From contig JBJLFO010000001.1 of assembly GCA_045565315.1 (NCBI GenBank), forward strand, positions 749,856-813,855: a stretch of DNA of 64,000 bases, read 5' to 3'. Each line of letters begins with the position of its first letter. Position 1 is the stretch's first letter. Positions 9,698 through 21,188 of the stretch are shown here, piece after piece. A program made the translations under genes and the position numbers. The notes under the pieces were generated by a model. The model was not told the origin of the DNA. It searched no databases and saw nothing but the letters and a program-made list of their open reading frames with translations. The DNA is from Alphaproteobacteria bacterium (GTDB lineage Bacteria > Pseudomonadota > Alphaproteobacteria > Rhizobiales > TMED25).

Positions 9698-9827
9698 AAA
9701 AATTTGTTTTTTTGAAAATAAATTATATACATTTATGTCATTTAAATATATAAACACAAATTATCTCATGTATAAACATCTAATTATTTTGCTTTATGGT
9801 GTTTTGATGATTTGAATACAACAAAGA

Positions 9828-9845
9828 TATCGAAAAAATTCGATA
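9828..9845. repeat. Perfect 7-bp inverted repeat tatcgaa-aaaa-ttcgata in the rplS upstream region
   Basis: Read directly from the sequence, about 45 nt upstream of the rplS ATG. Confidence 0.3.
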
Positions 9846-9887
9846 GAACATAAATGAAATCTAATTCATCTACTTAAGAGCAGAACA

Positions 9888-10313
9888 ATGAATATTATTC
9901 AAGAACTAGAAAACGAGCAACTTCAAAAATTACAAGAAAATAAATCTATACCAGATTTTAGCCCAGGCGATACTGTGAAAGTCAACGTGAAGATTAGTGA
10001 AGGTACAAGAGAGAGAGTCCAAGCTTATGAGGGGGTCGTTATCGGTAGATCTGGTGGCGGAATAAATGAAAACTTTACTGTTAGAAAAATATCTTACGGT
10101 GAAGGTGTTGAAAGAGTTTTCCCGGTCTACTCCCCAACCATAGAGTCTATTACTATATTGAAGCGTGGTAAAGTCAGGAGAGCTAAACTATATTATCTTC
10201 GAGAAAGAAGAGGTAAGTCTGCCCGAATAGCTGAAAAAATAGATGTAAATCGTAATAAAGCAAAAGATTTATCAGCAAAAAAAGACGAATCGTCAAAAGA
10301 TGAGTCTAAATAA
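9888..10313 (+). CDS. rplS: 50S ribosomal protein L19
   Basis: [31 protein letters not shown]... is typical L19. There is a short Lys/Ser/Asp-rich C-terminal tail. Confidence 0.95.
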   Translation: MNIIQELENEQLQKLQENKSIPDFSPGDTVKVNVKISEGTRERVQAYEGVVIGRSGGGINENFTVRKISYGEGVERVFPVYSPTIESITILKRGKVRRAKLYYLRERRGKSARIAEKIDVNRNKAKDLSAKKDESSKDESK

Positions 10314-10346
10314 ATCCTTAAATCTTAACTAAACGGGGATTATGAT

Positions 10347-11384
10347 TTGAATTACCAACTCTTAAAAACATTATGTGAGACTCCATCTGTGGCCGGGAGA
10401 GAGTCAAGAATAAGTAGTTTCATTCAAGAGAATGTAAAAGATTTTTTTGATGAAATAGAAATTGATCCTTTAGGTTCAATAATTTGTAAGAAATTTTCAA
10501 AAAAGAAAGCAAAGCAAAAAATACTTCTTCTTTGTCACATGGATGAGATTGGTTTCCTTGTTAGCCATATTAATAGTAAGGGCTTTTTATTTGTTGATCC
10601 TGTGGGCGGTTTTGATCCAAGAAATTTATTTTCAAGAAGAGTTCTAGTTTGTACTGAAAATGGCGATTATAAGGCTGTCATGAATCCACCAGGAAAACCT
10701 GTTCATACTCAAAGTGCGATGGATAGAAAAAAAATACCTGAGCCAAATGAGTTTTTCATAGACATGGGTATTGGAGAAAAAGCAAAAGATAAAGTAAAAA
10801 TTGGTGATTTTGTTGTAATGGATGAGCCATTTCTTGAACTATCAGATAAGGTAGTGTCCAAAGCACTTGATAATAGAATTGCTTGCTGGTTAGGTATGGA
10901 ACTTGCCAAATATATTCATGAGAATAAGCTAGAGTTAGATAATGATTTATATATTGTCTTTACTTCTCAAGAAGAAGTTGGGCTGAGGGGTGCAAAGACT
11001 GCATCCTTTACTGTTAATCCTGATATAGCAATTGGAATTGATACTACACTTGCATGTGATACACCTGGTGTTGCAGAACAAGACTGGATAACAGCACAGG
11101 GAAAAGGTTTTGGTCTGCACATAAAAGATGGTTCATTTATTTCTGACGCTGAACTTGTGAAGGAATTTGTAGAACTTGCAGAAAAAAACAAAATTGAATA
11201 CCAAAGAACTATCTTGAGCCGAGGTGGGCAGGATGGTGCTGCTGGGCAACAATCTGGATCAGGTGCCAAAGCAATTGGTATTGTTGTTGGGACAAGATAT
11301 ATTCATACTGTTACTGAGATGATTGAAAAAAATGATTTAGAGAATGCTTTGAGTATTCTTCAAAAATATATTGAAAATAAATAA
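10347..11384 (+). CDS. M42-family aminopeptidase (FrvX/glutamyl aminopeptidase-like)
   Basis: LLCHMDEIGFLV metal-ligand motif and SQEEVGLRGA. TTG start at 10347. Confidence 0.85.
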   Translation: MNYQLLKTLCETPSVAGRESRISSFIQENVKDFFDEIEIDPLGSIICKKFSKKKAKQKILLLCHMDEIGFLVSHINSKGFLFVDPVGGFDPRNLFSRRVLVCTENGDYKAVMNPPGKPVHTQSAMDRKKIPEPNEFFIDMGIGEKAKDKVKIGDFVVMDEPFLELSDKVVSKALDNRIACWLGMELAKYIHENKLELDNDLYIVFTSQEEVGLRGAKTASFTVNPDIAIGIDTTLACDTPGVAEQDWITAQGKGFGLHIKDGSFISDAELVKEFVELAEKNKIEYQRTILSRGGQDGAAGQQSGSGAKAIGIVVGTRYIHTVTEMIEKNDLENALSILQKYIENK

Positions 11385-11452
11385 GATTTTTTTTAATAAT
11401 AAAACTGGTACTCTAGTAATAAGTTTTATATAAATAAATTTTGGGAAAATGA

Positions 11453-12859
11453 ATGAGTAATTCAAGAACAATTTACGATAAAATTTGGGATGACCATCTT
11501 GTAAACGAAAGTGAAGACGGATCATCACTCATTTATATTGATAGACATTTGATTCACGAAGTCACCTCTCCTCAAGCCTTTGAAGGCCTGAGAGTCTCAA
11601 ATAGGAAAGTTAGGTGCCCAGAGAAAACATTGGCAGTTGTAGACCATAATGTTCCAACGACTGACAGGAAGAATGGAATTGCCGATGAAGAATCAAGAAT
11701 ACAAGTTGAAGCTCTTGCAAAAAACTGTAAGGAATTTGGAATAGAATATTTTAATGAACTAGATATTCGACAAGGTATAGTCCATGTCATAGGACCAGAG
11801 CAGGGTTTTACTCTACCCGGTACGACAATAATGTGTGGAGATAGTCATACCTCGACCCATGGAGCATTCGGCGCACTGGCGATGGGCATTGGAACATCAG
11901 AGGTTGAACATATTTTAGCAACTCAAACATTAATTCAAAAAAAAGCTAAGAACTTCAGAATTAACGTTAACGGGTCTACACCAAAAGATATTACAGCAAA
12001 AGATATTATTTTATCTATAATTGGTGAAATTGGTACAGGCGGAGGAACAGGATCTGTAATAGAATATGCAGGTAAAGCTATATCTGACCTATCTATGGAG
12101 GGTAGAATGACTGTGTGTAATATGTCTATTGAAGGTGGTGCAAGAGCCGGTTTAATAGGGCCTGACGAAAAGACATTTGCTTACATGAAAGATAAACCCA
12201 GATCACCAAAGGGAGATGATTTCGCCAGAGCTATTGATTACTGGGACTCTCTAAACACAGATAAAGAGGCCTATTTTGATAGAGAAATAAATCTTGACGC
12301 AGGATCATTACCACCTGTTGTTACATGGGGGACAAGTCCGGAGGATGTTGTATCAATTAATGGTGAGGTTCCTGATCCAGAACAAATGGATGAAAATAGA
12401 AGAGACTCAAAAAAGAGTGCTCTCGAATATATGGGATTGAAGCCTGGAACAAAGATTAAAGATATTAACTTAGATATAGTTTTCATAGGATCATGTACAA
12501 ATGGAAGAATTGAAGATCTAAGACAAGTTGCAAAAGTTGTTGAAGGACATCATGTAAATGAAAATCTAAATGCAATGATAGTTCCTGGATCTGGTCTGGT
12601 TAAAGAGCAAGCTATAAGTGAAGGTCTAGATAAAATATTTATGGCCGCAGGCTTCGAATGGAGGGAGCCAGGATGCTCAATGTGTTTAGCTATGAACCCA
12701 GATAAATTATTGCCCGGACAAAGATGTGCATCTACTTCAAACCGAAATTTTGAGGGTAGACAAGGGTTTAGAGGTAGAACTCATTTAGTTTCACCTGCTA
12801 TGGCCGCCGCCGCCGCCATTGCTGGCCATTTTGTAGATATAAGAGAATTCAATAAGTAG
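11453..12859 (+). CDS. leuC: 3-isopropylmalate dehydratase large subunit
   Basis: Aconitase-family motifs [27 protein letters not shown]; leuD follows. Confidence 0.97.
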   Translation: MSNSRTIYDKIWDDHLVNESEDGSSLIYIDRHLIHEVTSPQAFEGLRVSNRKVRCPEKTLAVVDHNVPTTDRKNGIADEESRIQVEALAKNCKEFGIEYFNELDIRQGIVHVIGPEQGFTLPGTTIMCGDSHTSTHGAFGALAMGIGTSEVEHILATQTLIQKKAKNFRINVNGSTPKDITAKDIILSIIGEIGTGGGTGSVIEYAGKAISDLSMEGRMTVCNMSIEGGARAGLIGPDEKTFAYMKDKPRSPKGDDFARAIDYWDSLNTDKEAYFDREINLDAGSLPPVVTWGTSPEDVVSINGEVPDPEQMDENRRDSKKSALEYMGLKPGTKIKDINLDIVFIGSCTNGRIEDLRQVAKVVEGHHVNENLNAMIVPGSGLVKEQAISEGLDKIFMAAGFEWREPGCSMCLAMNPDKLLPGQRCASTSNRNFEGRQGFRGRTHLVSPAMAAAAAIAGHFVDIREFNK

Positions 12860-12869
12860 GAATACTATA

Positions 12870-13475
12870 ATGGAAAAATTTACAAACTTGACTGGTGTAG
12901 CAGCACCTTTACCAGAGATAAATGTTGATACTGATAAAATCATACCAAAACAATATTTAAAAACTATCAAGCGGACAGGTCTAGGAAAGGCTCTTTTCTC
13001 GGAGATGAGATATAATGATGATGGAACAGATAACGAAGAATTTGTCCTTAATAAGGATAAATATAAGAATGCAAAAATTTTAGTTGCTGGTGATAATTTC
13101 GGCTGTGGTTCAAGTAGGGAACACGCTCCTTGGGCTCTTTTAGACTTTGGAATAAAAGTTGTAATATCAACGTCATTTGCGGATATATTTTTCGGTAATT
13201 GTTTCAAAAATGGAATGTTACCAATTGTCCTAGATCAAAAAGAAGTCAACCTTCTTATGTCAGAAGCAGAAAGAGGATCTAATGCGACATTGAGCGTTGA
13301 TCTTGAAAACCAAGAAATTACTACATCAGATGGAAATATTATTAAATTTAAAATAGATAGTTTTTTAAAACATTGTTTATTGAATGGTCTTGATGATATT
13401 GCTCTTACTCTTGAAAAAGATAAAAATATTGGAAGTTATGAAGCAAAAATCAAGAATGATAGACCATGGGTTTAG
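12870..13475 (+). CDS. leuD: 3-isopropylmalate dehydratase small subunit
   Basis: [17 protein letters not shown] swivel-domain motif; located between leuC and leuB. Confidence 0.95.
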   Translation: MEKFTNLTGVAAPLPEINVDTDKIIPKQYLKTIKRTGLGKALFSEMRYNDDGTDNEEFVLNKDKYKNAKILVAGDNFGCGSSREHAPWALLDFGIKVVISTSFADIFFGNCFKNGMLPIVLDQKEVNLLMSEAERGSNATLSVDLENQEITTSDGNIIKFKIDSFLKHCLLNGLDDIALTLEKDKNIGSYEAKIKNDRPWV

Positions 13476-13517
13476 TATCTTTCATATTTTCTTAAAATAT
13501 AAAAATAGGGGTTAAAT

Positions 13518-14627
13518 ATGAGTTCGTATAATTTATTAATGTTACCAGGCGATGGGATCGGACCAGAAGTCATAAAAGAAGTTGAGAGAGTGATCGCATG
13601 GTTTAATAAAAATACACAAATCAAATTTGAGACCGAGTCTGAATTAGTAGGTGGTGCAGCATTTGACTCCCATGGTGCTGCAATTTCGGAAAACGCAATG
13701 GATCTTGCCCACAAGTGTGATGCAATAATTTTTGGAGCTGTTGGAGGTCCTCAGTGGGATAATGTACCTTTTGAAGTAAGACCTGAAGCCGGTCTTTTAA
13801 GACTAAGAAAAGATTTAGATTTATTTGCAAATCTTAGACCTGCAATTTGTTACAAAGCACTTGCTGATGCATCTAGCCTAAAAAGGAATCTTGTTGAAGG
13901 ACTGGATATTCTTATTCTCAGGGAGCTGACTGGGGGTGTTTATTTTGGTGAACCAAAAGAAATTATTGATTTACCTGATGGGCAGAAAAAGGCAATAGAT
14001 ACGCAAGTATATACAACAAGTGAGATTGAACGAATTGCTAGGGTTGCATTTGAATTAGCTAAAACCCGAAAAGGGAAAGTGACTTCCACCGAAAAGAAAA
14101 ATGTCATGATATCCGGTGTTTTTTGGAATAATGTCGTTACAGAAGTTCATAAAAACGAGTACCCTGACATGGAACTTGAACATATCTTAGCTGATGCTTG
14201 TGCCATGCAGCTTGTTAGAAATCCAAAACAATTTGATCTTATAGTAGCAGATAATCTTTTTGGTGACATATTATCAGATGAAGCCGCGATGTTAACTGGC
14301 TCAATGGGAATGTTGCCATCTGCATCTTTGGGTGCTGTTAATGAAGAAACAAAGAAAAGAAATGCAATGTATGAGCCTGTCCATGGTTCTGCTCCAGATA
14401 TTTCTGGTCAGGGCATAGCAAATCCTATAGCTGAGATTGCCTCTTTTGCAATGGCCTTGAGATATTCGTTTAACCTTACAGAAGAAGCACAATTAATTGA
14501 AGATTCTATTTCTTCTGCTCTAGATACAGGAATTAGAACTCCTGATATAATGCAAGAAGGTATGCAAAAAGTTGGAACTCATCAAATGACTGATGCAATT
14601 CTTTCACAAATGAACTTAAAAAGCTGA
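13518..14627 (+). CDS. leuB: 3-isopropylmalate dehydrogenase
   Basis: NLFGDILSDEAAMLTGSMGMLPSASL signature. Confidence 0.97.
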   Translation: MSSYNLLMLPGDGIGPEVIKEVERVIAWFNKNTQIKFETESELVGGAAFDSHGAAISENAMDLAHKCDAIIFGAVGGPQWDNVPFEVRPEAGLLRLRKDLDLFANLRPAICYKALADASSLKRNLVEGLDILILRELTGGVYFGEPKEIIDLPDGQKKAIDTQVYTTSEIERIARVAFELAKTRKGKVTSTEKKNVMISGVFWNNVVTEVHKNEYPDMELEHILADACAMQLVRNPKQFDLIVADNLFGDILSDEAAMLTGSMGMLPSASLGAVNEETKKRNAMYEPVHGSAPDISGQGIANPIAEIASFAMALRYSFNLTEEAQLIEDSISSALDTGIRTPDIMQEGMQKVGTHQMTDAILSQMNLKS

Positions 14628-14637
14628 GAATTAAAAT

Positions 14638-15654
14638 ATGGCATTCAAGGTAGCAGTTGTTGGGGCGACAGGAAATGTTGGTCGTGAGATTTTAAATATT
14701 CTTGATGAAAGAGCCTTTCACTGTGATGAGGTTGTGGCTTTAGCTTCTCGAAAGTCAATTGGACGTGAGTTATCATTTGGTGACAAAATACTTAAAGTAA
14801 AAGATTTGGAAACATTTGATTTTAGCCAAATAGATATTGCTTTATTTTCTGCTGGTTCAAAAATATCGGAAAAATGGGCACCAATTGCTGCATCAGCTGG
14901 AGCAATCGTAATTGATAACTCTTCTTTTTGGAGATATCATGATGATGTACCATTAATTGTACCTGAAGTAAATCCAGACGATATTAATCATGCAAAAAAA
15001 AGAGGTATTATTGCAAATCCAAACTGTTCCACCATACAGCTGGTGGTAGCATTAAAACCTTTGCATGATATTTCAAAAATAAAACGTGTGGTTGTGTCTA
15101 CCTTCCAATCAGTTTCTGGTGCGGGTAATGCAGCAATGGATGAGTTGTTTAATCAAACCAAAGGTATATTTGTCAATCAGGCTGCAGAACCTGAAAATTT
15201 TACAAGGCAGATGGCATTCAATGTAATTCCCCACATAGATATATTTCTTGAAGATGGATATACAAAAGAAGAATGGAAGATGTTAGTTGAAACGAAAAAG
15301 ATAATAGATAAATCTATAAAATTAACGGCAACTTGTGTAAGAGTTCCTGTTTTCGTTGGGCACGCCGAAGCAGTCAATATTGAGTTTGAAAATTCTCTTA
15401 CTCCCGAAAAGGCGAGATCAGTTCTCAGAGAGTCACCGGGTTTGATGGTCGTGGATGATCCTGAAGAGGATAAATACATCACACCTATCGAATGTGTTGG
15501 CGAGTATGCTACGTTTGTTAGCAGGATACGGGAGGACTCGACAGTAGAGAATGGTCTTAGTATGTGGGTTGTATCTGATAATTTAAGAAAGGGAGCAGCG
15601 TTAAATGCTGTCCAAATAGCTGAGCTGCTAATAAATAAGAAAATAATTAGTTGA
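14638..15654 (+). CDS. asd: Aspartate-semialdehyde dehydrogenase
   Basis: VAVVGATGNVGRE and active-site context ANPNCSTIQ. Confidence 0.95.
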   Translation: MAFKVAVVGATGNVGREILNILDERAFHCDEVVALASRKSIGRELSFGDKILKVKDLETFDFSQIDIALFSAGSKISEKWAPIAASAGAIVIDNSSFWRYHDDVPLIVPEVNPDDINHAKKRGIIANPNCSTIQLVVALKPLHDISKIKRVVVSTFQSVSGAGNAAMDELFNQTKGIFVNQAAEPENFTRQMAFNVIPHIDIFLEDGYTKEEWKMLVETKKIIDKSIKLTATCVRVPVFVGHAEAVNIEFENSLTPEKARSVLRESPGLMVVDDPEEDKYITPIECVGEYATFVSRIREDSTVENGLSMWVVSDNLRKGAALNAVQIAELLINKKIIS

Positions 15655-15731
15655 GTATATTTTTATAGTATTCTTCTGACAAAATAATTATAATTATACT
15701 TATACTATACTAAACAGAAAACCATCGAATT

Positions 15732-16118
15732 ATGAATAATCCTATATCGCCACACTTATCTATATATAAATTCAAAATTAATATGATGATGTCTATTGCA
15801 CACCGAATTACAGGTGGGGCAATGTATTTTGCAATGTTACTATTATTTATCTTCTTGTTGGCTTTATCTTTCGGTGGTGGGTTTTATAATGTATTTTCAA
15901 TATTGCTTAGCACTTGGATTGGTAATTTCATACTAGTTGGGATAACATGGGCTTTATTCCATCATATGCTGGGTGGAATAAGACATATTATTTGGGATAA
16001 TGTAAAAGGATTTGATTTAAATACTATTGATCTTCTAGCAAGTGCAAGTCTCATAGGAGGCATTATATTAACCATTCTTTTTTGGGTATCATATATTATT
16101 TTCAATGGGTTATTTTAA
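15732..16118 (+). CDS. sdhC: Succinate dehydrogenase cytochrome b556 subunit
   Basis: Starts SPHLSIYKF and has the HRITG motif. Three hydrophobic helices. First gene of sdhCDAB. Confidence 0.85.
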   Translation: MNNPISPHLSIYKFKINMMMSIAHRITGGAMYFAMLLLFIFLLALSFGGGFYNVFSILLSTWIGNFILVGITWALFHHMLGGIRHIIWDNVKGFDLNTIDLLASASLIGGIILTILFWVSYIIFNGLF

Positions 16119-16480
16119 TGAATAAAGGTTTAAATAGTTGGAATCATAAGCATGCGACAAGACATTTTATAGTGCAAAGAATTACAGCTATTCTTAACAT
16201 ACCTTTATCAATATTCCTTTTGTATCTAATTTTTAATTTACCAACGATGACATATAATAATATTATAGATTTGTTCCAAAAACCGTTTGTAACAATTTTA
16301 ACTATATTTCTTATTCTAAATTTTTCTTATCATATGAAATTAGGTATGCAGACAGTTATTGAGGATTACGTGCATGATAAAAAAAATTTTAAAATAGCTT
16401 CTTTATTGAACAATTTAGTTGCTTCAATCGTTATTATTGGGTCTACATACTCAATTGTAGTTATTTTTTTAATGGATTAA
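16118..16480 (+). CDS. sdhD: Succinate dehydrogenase hydrophobic membrane anchor subunit
   Basis: Position between sdhC and sdhA; three helices. The ATG at 16118 overlaps the sdhC stop as TAATG. The track start at 16082 lies inside sdhC. Confidence 0.8.
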   Translation: MNKGLNSWNHKHATRHFIVQRITAILNIPLSIFLLYLIFNLPTMTYNNIIDLFQKPFVTILTIFLILNFSYHMKLGMQTVIEDYVHDKKNFKIASLLNNLVASIVIIGSTYSIVVIFLMD

Positions 16481-16505
16481 TTTTTAAAAGGGAAAAAAAA
16501 TAATC

Positions 16506-18323
16506 ATGGAAAACACTTATAATATTAATGGTAGAGAATATAAATTTACAGATCATACATACGACGTTGTCGTTGTCGGAGCTGGTGGTGCCGGATTAAG
16601 AGCTACCCTTGGTTCTTCTCAGGCCGGCTTAAAAACAGCATGTATTACTAAACTTTTTCCAACAAGAAGTCACACAGTTGCAGCGCAAGGTGGTGTTGCC
16701 GCTGCACTTGGAAATATGGGTGAAGATGACTGGAAATGGCATATGTACGATACGGTTAAAGGTGCTGATTGGCTTGGAGATCAAGACGCAATAGAATATT
16801 TATGTAAAGAGGCTCCTAAGGCAGTTTATGAGTTAGAGCATTTTGGACTCCCATTCAGTAGAAGAGAAGATGGAAAAATTTATCAACGACCATTTGGAGG
16901 TATGACCACCCATAATGGCGAAGGACCGGCCGCACAGAGAACATGCGCAGCTGCTGACAGAACTGGACATGCCATGTTACACACACTATATGGCAAGGCA
17001 ATAAGTCATTCTGCTGAATTCTTCATAGAATACTTTGCAATTGATTTGATCATGGACAAAAAAGGAGAGTGTAGGGGTGTAGTTGCTCTTTGTTTAGAGG
17101 ATGGTACGCTCCATAGGTTTAGAGCTCAAAAAACTATACTAGCAACTGGTGGATATGGAAGAGCATATTTTTCTGCGACCTCAGCTCATTCATGTACAGG
17201 GGATGGTAATGCAATGGTTTTGAGAGCAGGTTTACCACTACAAGATATGGAGTTTGTGCAGTTTCATCCGACAGGTATTTATGGAGCTGGATGTCTTATA
17301 ACAGAAGGTTCACGCGGAGAAGGCGGCTACTTAACAAATTCAGAAGGGGAACGTTTTATGGAAAGATACGCCCCATCTGCGAAAGACTTAGCAAGTAGAG
17401 ATGTTGTTTCTAGATCAATGACAATAGAAATCAGAGAAGGAAGGGGAGTTGGAAAGGATAAAGACCATATTCATCTTCACCTTGAGCACCTTGCCCCAGA
17501 AGTTTTGGCTGAAAGGCTTCCAGGTATTTCGGAAACAGCAAAGATTTTTTCTGGTATAGATGTTACAAAAGAGCCCATACCTGTGCTACCCACAGTTCAC
17601 TATAATATGGGTGGAATACCAACTAACTTTCATGGTGAAGTTTTAACAAAAATAGACGGTAATCCAGACTGTATTGTTGAAGGATTAATGGCTATTGGAG
17701 AAGCGGCATGTGTTTCAGTTCATGGTGCAAACAGACTGGGTTCAAATTCACTTATTGATCTAGTTGTATTTGGTAGAGCTGCAGGACAAAGAGCTGCAGA
17801 TACTACAAAACCTAATGCAAAGCAGCCCCCCCTTCCAAAAGATGCTGGAATAGAGGCTCTTCAGAGGCTTGATAGGTTTAGGTATTCAGATGGACAGACA
17901 TCAACCTCAGAATTAAGGTCAGACATGCAAAGAATCATGCAAAATAACTGTGCTGTATTTAGAGAGGGGGATGTACTACAAGAGGGACAAGAGCTTATTA
18001 ATAAAACTTGGAATGGTCTTGATGATATAAAAATCAATGATAGATCCCTTGTTTGGAATACAGATTTAATTGAAGCAATGGAGTGGGATAATCTAATTGT
18101 TCAATCAGTTGTGACTGTCGAAAGTGCTGCAAATAGAAAAGAAAGTAGAGGATCACATGCAAGAGAGGACTTTACTGAAAGAGATGACAAAAACTGGATG
18201 AAGCATACTTTAGCTTGGATTGATAACGAGAATAGAACAACAACTATAGATTACAGACCAGTTCATGAGTATACTCTTAGTAATGAAGTTGCATATATTC
18301 CTCCAAAAGAGAGGGTTTATTAG
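16506..18323 (+). CDS. sdhA: Succinate dehydrogenase flavoprotein subunit
   Basis: [13 protein letters not shown]; covalent-FAD His context [10 protein letters not shown]. Confidence 0.97.
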   Translation: MENTYNINGREYKFTDHTYDVVVVGAGGAGLRATLGSSQAGLKTACITKLFPTRSHTVAAQGGVAAALGNMGEDDWKWHMYDTVKGADWLGDQDAIEYLCKEAPKAVYELEHFGLPFSRREDGKIYQRPFGGMTTHNGEGPAAQRTCAAADRTGHAMLHTLYGKAISHSAEFFIEYFAIDLIMDKKGECRGVVALCLEDGTLHRFRAQKTILATGGYGRAYFSATSAHSCTGDGNAMVLRAGLPLQDMEFVQFHPTGIYGAGCLITEGSRGEGGYLTNSEGERFMERYAPSAKDLASRDVVSRSMTIEIREGRGVGKDKDHIHLHLEHLAPEVLAERLPGISETAKIFSGIDVTKEPIPVLPTVHYNMGGIPTNFHGEVLTKIDGNPDCIVEGLMAIGEAACVSVHGANRLGSNSLIDLVVFGRAAGQRAADTTKPNAKQPPLPKDAGIEALQRLDRFRYSDGQTSTSELRSDMQRIMQNNCAVFREGDVLQEGQELINKTWNGLDDIKINDRSLVWNTDLIEAMEWDNLIVQSVVTVESAANRKESRGSHAREDFTERDDKNWMKHTLAWIDNENRTTTIDYRPVHEYTLSNEVAYIPPKERVY

Positions 18324-18331
18324 GTTCAAAT

Positions 18332-19117
18332 ATGGTTGAATTAACTTTACCAAGAAACTCAAAACTCGTAGAAGGAAAAAAGTGGCCAAAGCCATCTGGT
18401 GATAGAAAAGTACGTGAATTCAAGGTATATAGATGGAACCCAGATGATAATAAAAATCCATCTCTGGACTCATATTATATAGATACTGAAGATTGTGGTC
18501 CAATGGTATTAGACGCTCTTATGAAAATAAAGGGTGATATTGATACATCCCTTACTTTTAGGCGATCTTGTAGAGAAGGTGTATGTGGTTCTTGTGCAAT
18601 GAATATTGGAGGAGTCAATAGGCTTGCATGCACTACAGCTATAGAGGATGTAAAAGGAACTATAAGCATATATCCTCTACCCCATCAGAAAGTTATTAAA
18701 GATTTGGTGCCGGACCTAAAGAATTTTTTTGATCAACACAAATCAATCGAGCCATGGTTGCAAACTAAGAAAACAAATCCAGATAAAGAATGGTTGCAAT
18801 CTAAAGAAGATAGAGAGCAATTAGATGGTTTGTATGAGTGTATATTATGTGCCTGTTGTTCAACATCTTGTCCAAGCTATTGGTGGAATTCAGATAAATA
18901 CCTTGGGCCAGCAGCATTATTACAGGCTTATAGGTGGATTATTGATAGTAGAGATGACGAACGAAATGAAAGGTTAGACAAGCTTGAGGACCCATTTAAA
19001 TTATACAGATGTCATACTATTATGAACTGTGCTAAAGCTTGCCCAAAAGGACTAAACCCAGCCAAAGCAATAGCTAATATTAAAAAGATGATGGTCGAGA
19101 GATCGATGACTCAATAA
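18332..19117 (+). CDS. sdhB: Succinate dehydrogenase iron-sulfur subunit
   Basis: Three Cys clusters: [35 protein letters not shown]. Confidence 0.97.
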   Translation: MVELTLPRNSKLVEGKKWPKPSGDRKVREFKVYRWNPDDNKNPSLDSYYIDTEDCGPMVLDALMKIKGDIDTSLTFRRSCREGVCGSCAMNIGGVNRLACTTAIEDVKGTISIYPLPHQKVIKDLVPDLKNFFDQHKSIEPWLQTKKTNPDKEWLQSKEDREQLDGLYECILCACCSTSCPSYWWNSDKYLGPAALLQAYRWIIDSRDDERNERLDKLEDPFKLYRCHTIMNCAKACPKGLNPAKAIANIKKMMVERSMTQ

Positions 19118-19131
19118 CTTAAAAGAGAGAA

Positions 19132-19317
19132 TTATTTTTCTTCTTTTGGATCAAGTATTTGCTTTCCTCGATACATACCAGTTTTTAAATCAAGATGATG
19201 CGGCCTATGCAACTCGCCAGTAGATTTATCTTCAACATATGCTTCACCCTTGAGAAAGTCTGTTGATCTTCGCATTCCTCTTTTTGATTTTGTCACCTTA
19301 CTTCTTGGGACTGCCAT
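19132..19317 (-). CDS. rpmF: 50S ribosomal protein L32
   Basis: [19 protein letters not shown]-terminus; 61 aa. Confidence 0.9.
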   Translation of the reverse strand: MAVPRSKVTKSKRGMRRSTDFLKGEAYVEDKSTGELHRPHHLDLKTGMYRGKQILDPKEEK

Positions 19318-19453
19318 TATAAGTATCTCCAGTTTATAATTGTAATATTGTAATTTTAATACATATACATATTCATTTATTATTTGTCATCATTTATATA
19401 TTAAATATAATCTTTTATTATATTTAATAAATTTTTTAATTACATGGAATACA

Positions 19454-20335
19454 ATGAGTACTGAGGAAAAATACGTTACTATAAGAAAAGATATAGATAA
19501 ACGTCTCATTGATTATCTTTATTCTGCAAATTATCCCAAAAATATCATAGACCCTATTAAATATATTTTTTTAGGTAAGGGAAAAAAGATTAGAGCAATA
19601 CTTTTAATTGAGTCATGTAGTCTATTTAATATTGATTATGAAGATGTTAAGGATATTGCTCTTGCTATTGAGTGTATTCATACTTACTCACTAATTCATG
19701 ACGATTTACCCGCAATGGACGATGATGATTATCGTAGAGGTGAATTGACATTACATAAGAAATATGATGAGGCAACTGCGATATTGGTTGGAGATGCTCT
19801 AATATCTCTAGCTTTCGAACTAATTACAAATGAAAACCAAGCCTTGTCTGCAGAATGTAAAATCCAGATAGTCAATAATTTAGCGCGATTTAGTGGTGGG
19901 TTGGGGATGGTTGGAGGTCAGATGCTAGATATGTATATGGACCCCTCAACTTCCAGTATTAAAGATATAAATAGTATGCAATTCATGAAGACAGGAGAGT
20001 TATTCCGTTTTGTATGTACAGCTGGTCCTATTATAGGATGTGGGTCCGAAGATGATATCGAGAACTTATCTAAATTTGCAGAACTATATGGTTCAATATT
20101 TCAAATAAGTGATGACCTTATTGATATTGAGTCTACTCTGGAGATAGCAGGCAAGTCAGTTAAAAAAGATATTAAGGCAGGTAAATCAACACTTATAGGA
20201 CTTTTAGGAATAGAAGAATCAAAAAGAAAAATTGCTATAAATTTACAGCAGGTTGAAGCCATATTAGAGAGATATGGTAATAAGGGTAAGGTATTATATA
20301 ATTTATGTCTTCAGCTCGTTGATCGAAAGTCATAA
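19454..20335 (+). CDS. ispA: (2E,6E)-farnesyl/geranylgeranyl diphosphate synthase (polyprenyl synthetase family)
   Basis: Two Asp-rich motifs: LIHDDLPAMDDDDYRRG and FQISDDLID. Confidence 0.85.
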   Translation: MSTEEKYVTIRKDIDKRLIDYLYSANYPKNIIDPIKYIFLGKGKKIRAILLIESCSLFNIDYEDVKDIALAIECIHTYSLIHDDLPAMDDDDYRRGELTLHKKYDEATAILVGDALISLAFELITNENQALSAECKIQIVNNLARFSGGLGMVGGQMLDMYMDPSTSSIKDINSMQFMKTGELFRFVCTAGPIIGCGSEDDIENLSKFAELYGSIFQISDDLIDIESTLEIAGKSVKKDIKAGKSTLIGLLGIEESKRKIAINLQQVEAILERYGNKGKVLYNLCLQLVDRKS

Positions 20336-21187
20336 TATAAGATTATCTATAAGCCTCGTAGCCCCTATTTTCGCTGCTAATAAGAGAATATATTTTTTTT
20401 CACTATAGTGAAAATTTTCTACTGGAGTGAGATCATCACTGTGTCTAATCTCTAAATACTCAATATTAAAACCACTTTTTTCTATGATAGATACTTCCTT
20501 TTTCAAAATTGATTGAATTTTATTTGGGTTTTTTAAAATTGCATCACTAATATTTACTAGGCACTCATATAAGAGTGGTGCCTTCTCTCTCTCATTTTTG
20601 TTAAGGTATTGGTTTCTTGATGACATTGCAAGGCCGTCACTTTCACGAACAATAGGTGATAGAATTAATTCAATTGGCATAAATAAATTCTCAATCATAC
20701 TTTTGATAATTAAATATTGCTGATAATCTTTTTGACCAAAAATTACAATGTCTGGCTGCAAAAGATTAAATAGTTTATTTACAACTATTAGTACTCCATT
20801 GAAATGTCCTACCCTATTTATACCACACAAGTCTGCCATTAAAGTATTATTATCAATTTTCAATTCACCTAAATTTTGTATGGGATACATTAATTGTTCA
20901 TTTGGGCAGAATAGTAGATCGACATCTAAGTCTGCAAGTTTTTTACTATCAGCTATTAAGGTCCTTGGGTAATTATTATAATCTTCACTTGGACCAAATT
21001 GCCTTGGATTGACAAAAATACTTACAATAATTTTATCAACATTACTTTTCTTAATTTGCTCGATTAGGCTGAGATGTCCTTGATGAAGATTCCCCATCGT
21101 AGGAACAAATCCAATTTTATATTCGTTCCTTTTCCAAGCTGAAATAAACTCATGAACTTCATTAAAATTATCGGAGATTAATTGCAT
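20330..21187 (-). CDS. panC: Pantoate--beta-alanine ligase
   Basis: VPTMGNLHQGHLSL motif. I prefer ATG at 21187, 1 nt after the panB stop. The track N-terminal extension would overlap panB. Confidence 0.9.
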   Translation of the reverse strand: MQLISDNFNEVHEFISAWKRNEYKIGFVPTMGNLHQGHLSLIEQIKKSNVDKIIVSIFVNPRQFGPSEDYNNYPRTLIADSKKLADLDVDLLFCPNEQLMYPIQNLGELKIDNNTLMADLCGINRVGHFNGVLIVVNKLFNLLQPDIVIFGQKDYQQYLIIKSMIENLFMPIELILSPIVRESDGLAMSSRNQYLNKNEREKAPLLYECLVNISDAILKNPNKIQSILKKEVSIIEKSGFNIEYLEIRHSDDLTPVENFHYSEKKYILLLAAKIGATRLIDNLIL

Positions 21188-21188
21188 A

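Noticed and set aside
9698-9757. N-terminal extensions offered by the track: amidase 9757, ispG 23243, panC 21253, tal 40389, SDR 58201, KPR-like 2344, sdhD 16082, cupin 7078
   Set aside because: These extensions start at TTG or at upstream codons that overlap neighbouring genes or add non-conserved residues. Downstream ATGs give N-termini that match the family and avoid those overlaps.
19399-19429. 13-bp perfect inverted repeat tattaaatataat-ctttt-attatatttaata between rpmF and ispA
   Set aside because: It is composed only of A/T in an almost pure A/T intergenic region. Such palindromes are expected by chance and would form a very weak hairpin. Both flanking genes diverge, so it is not a terminator.
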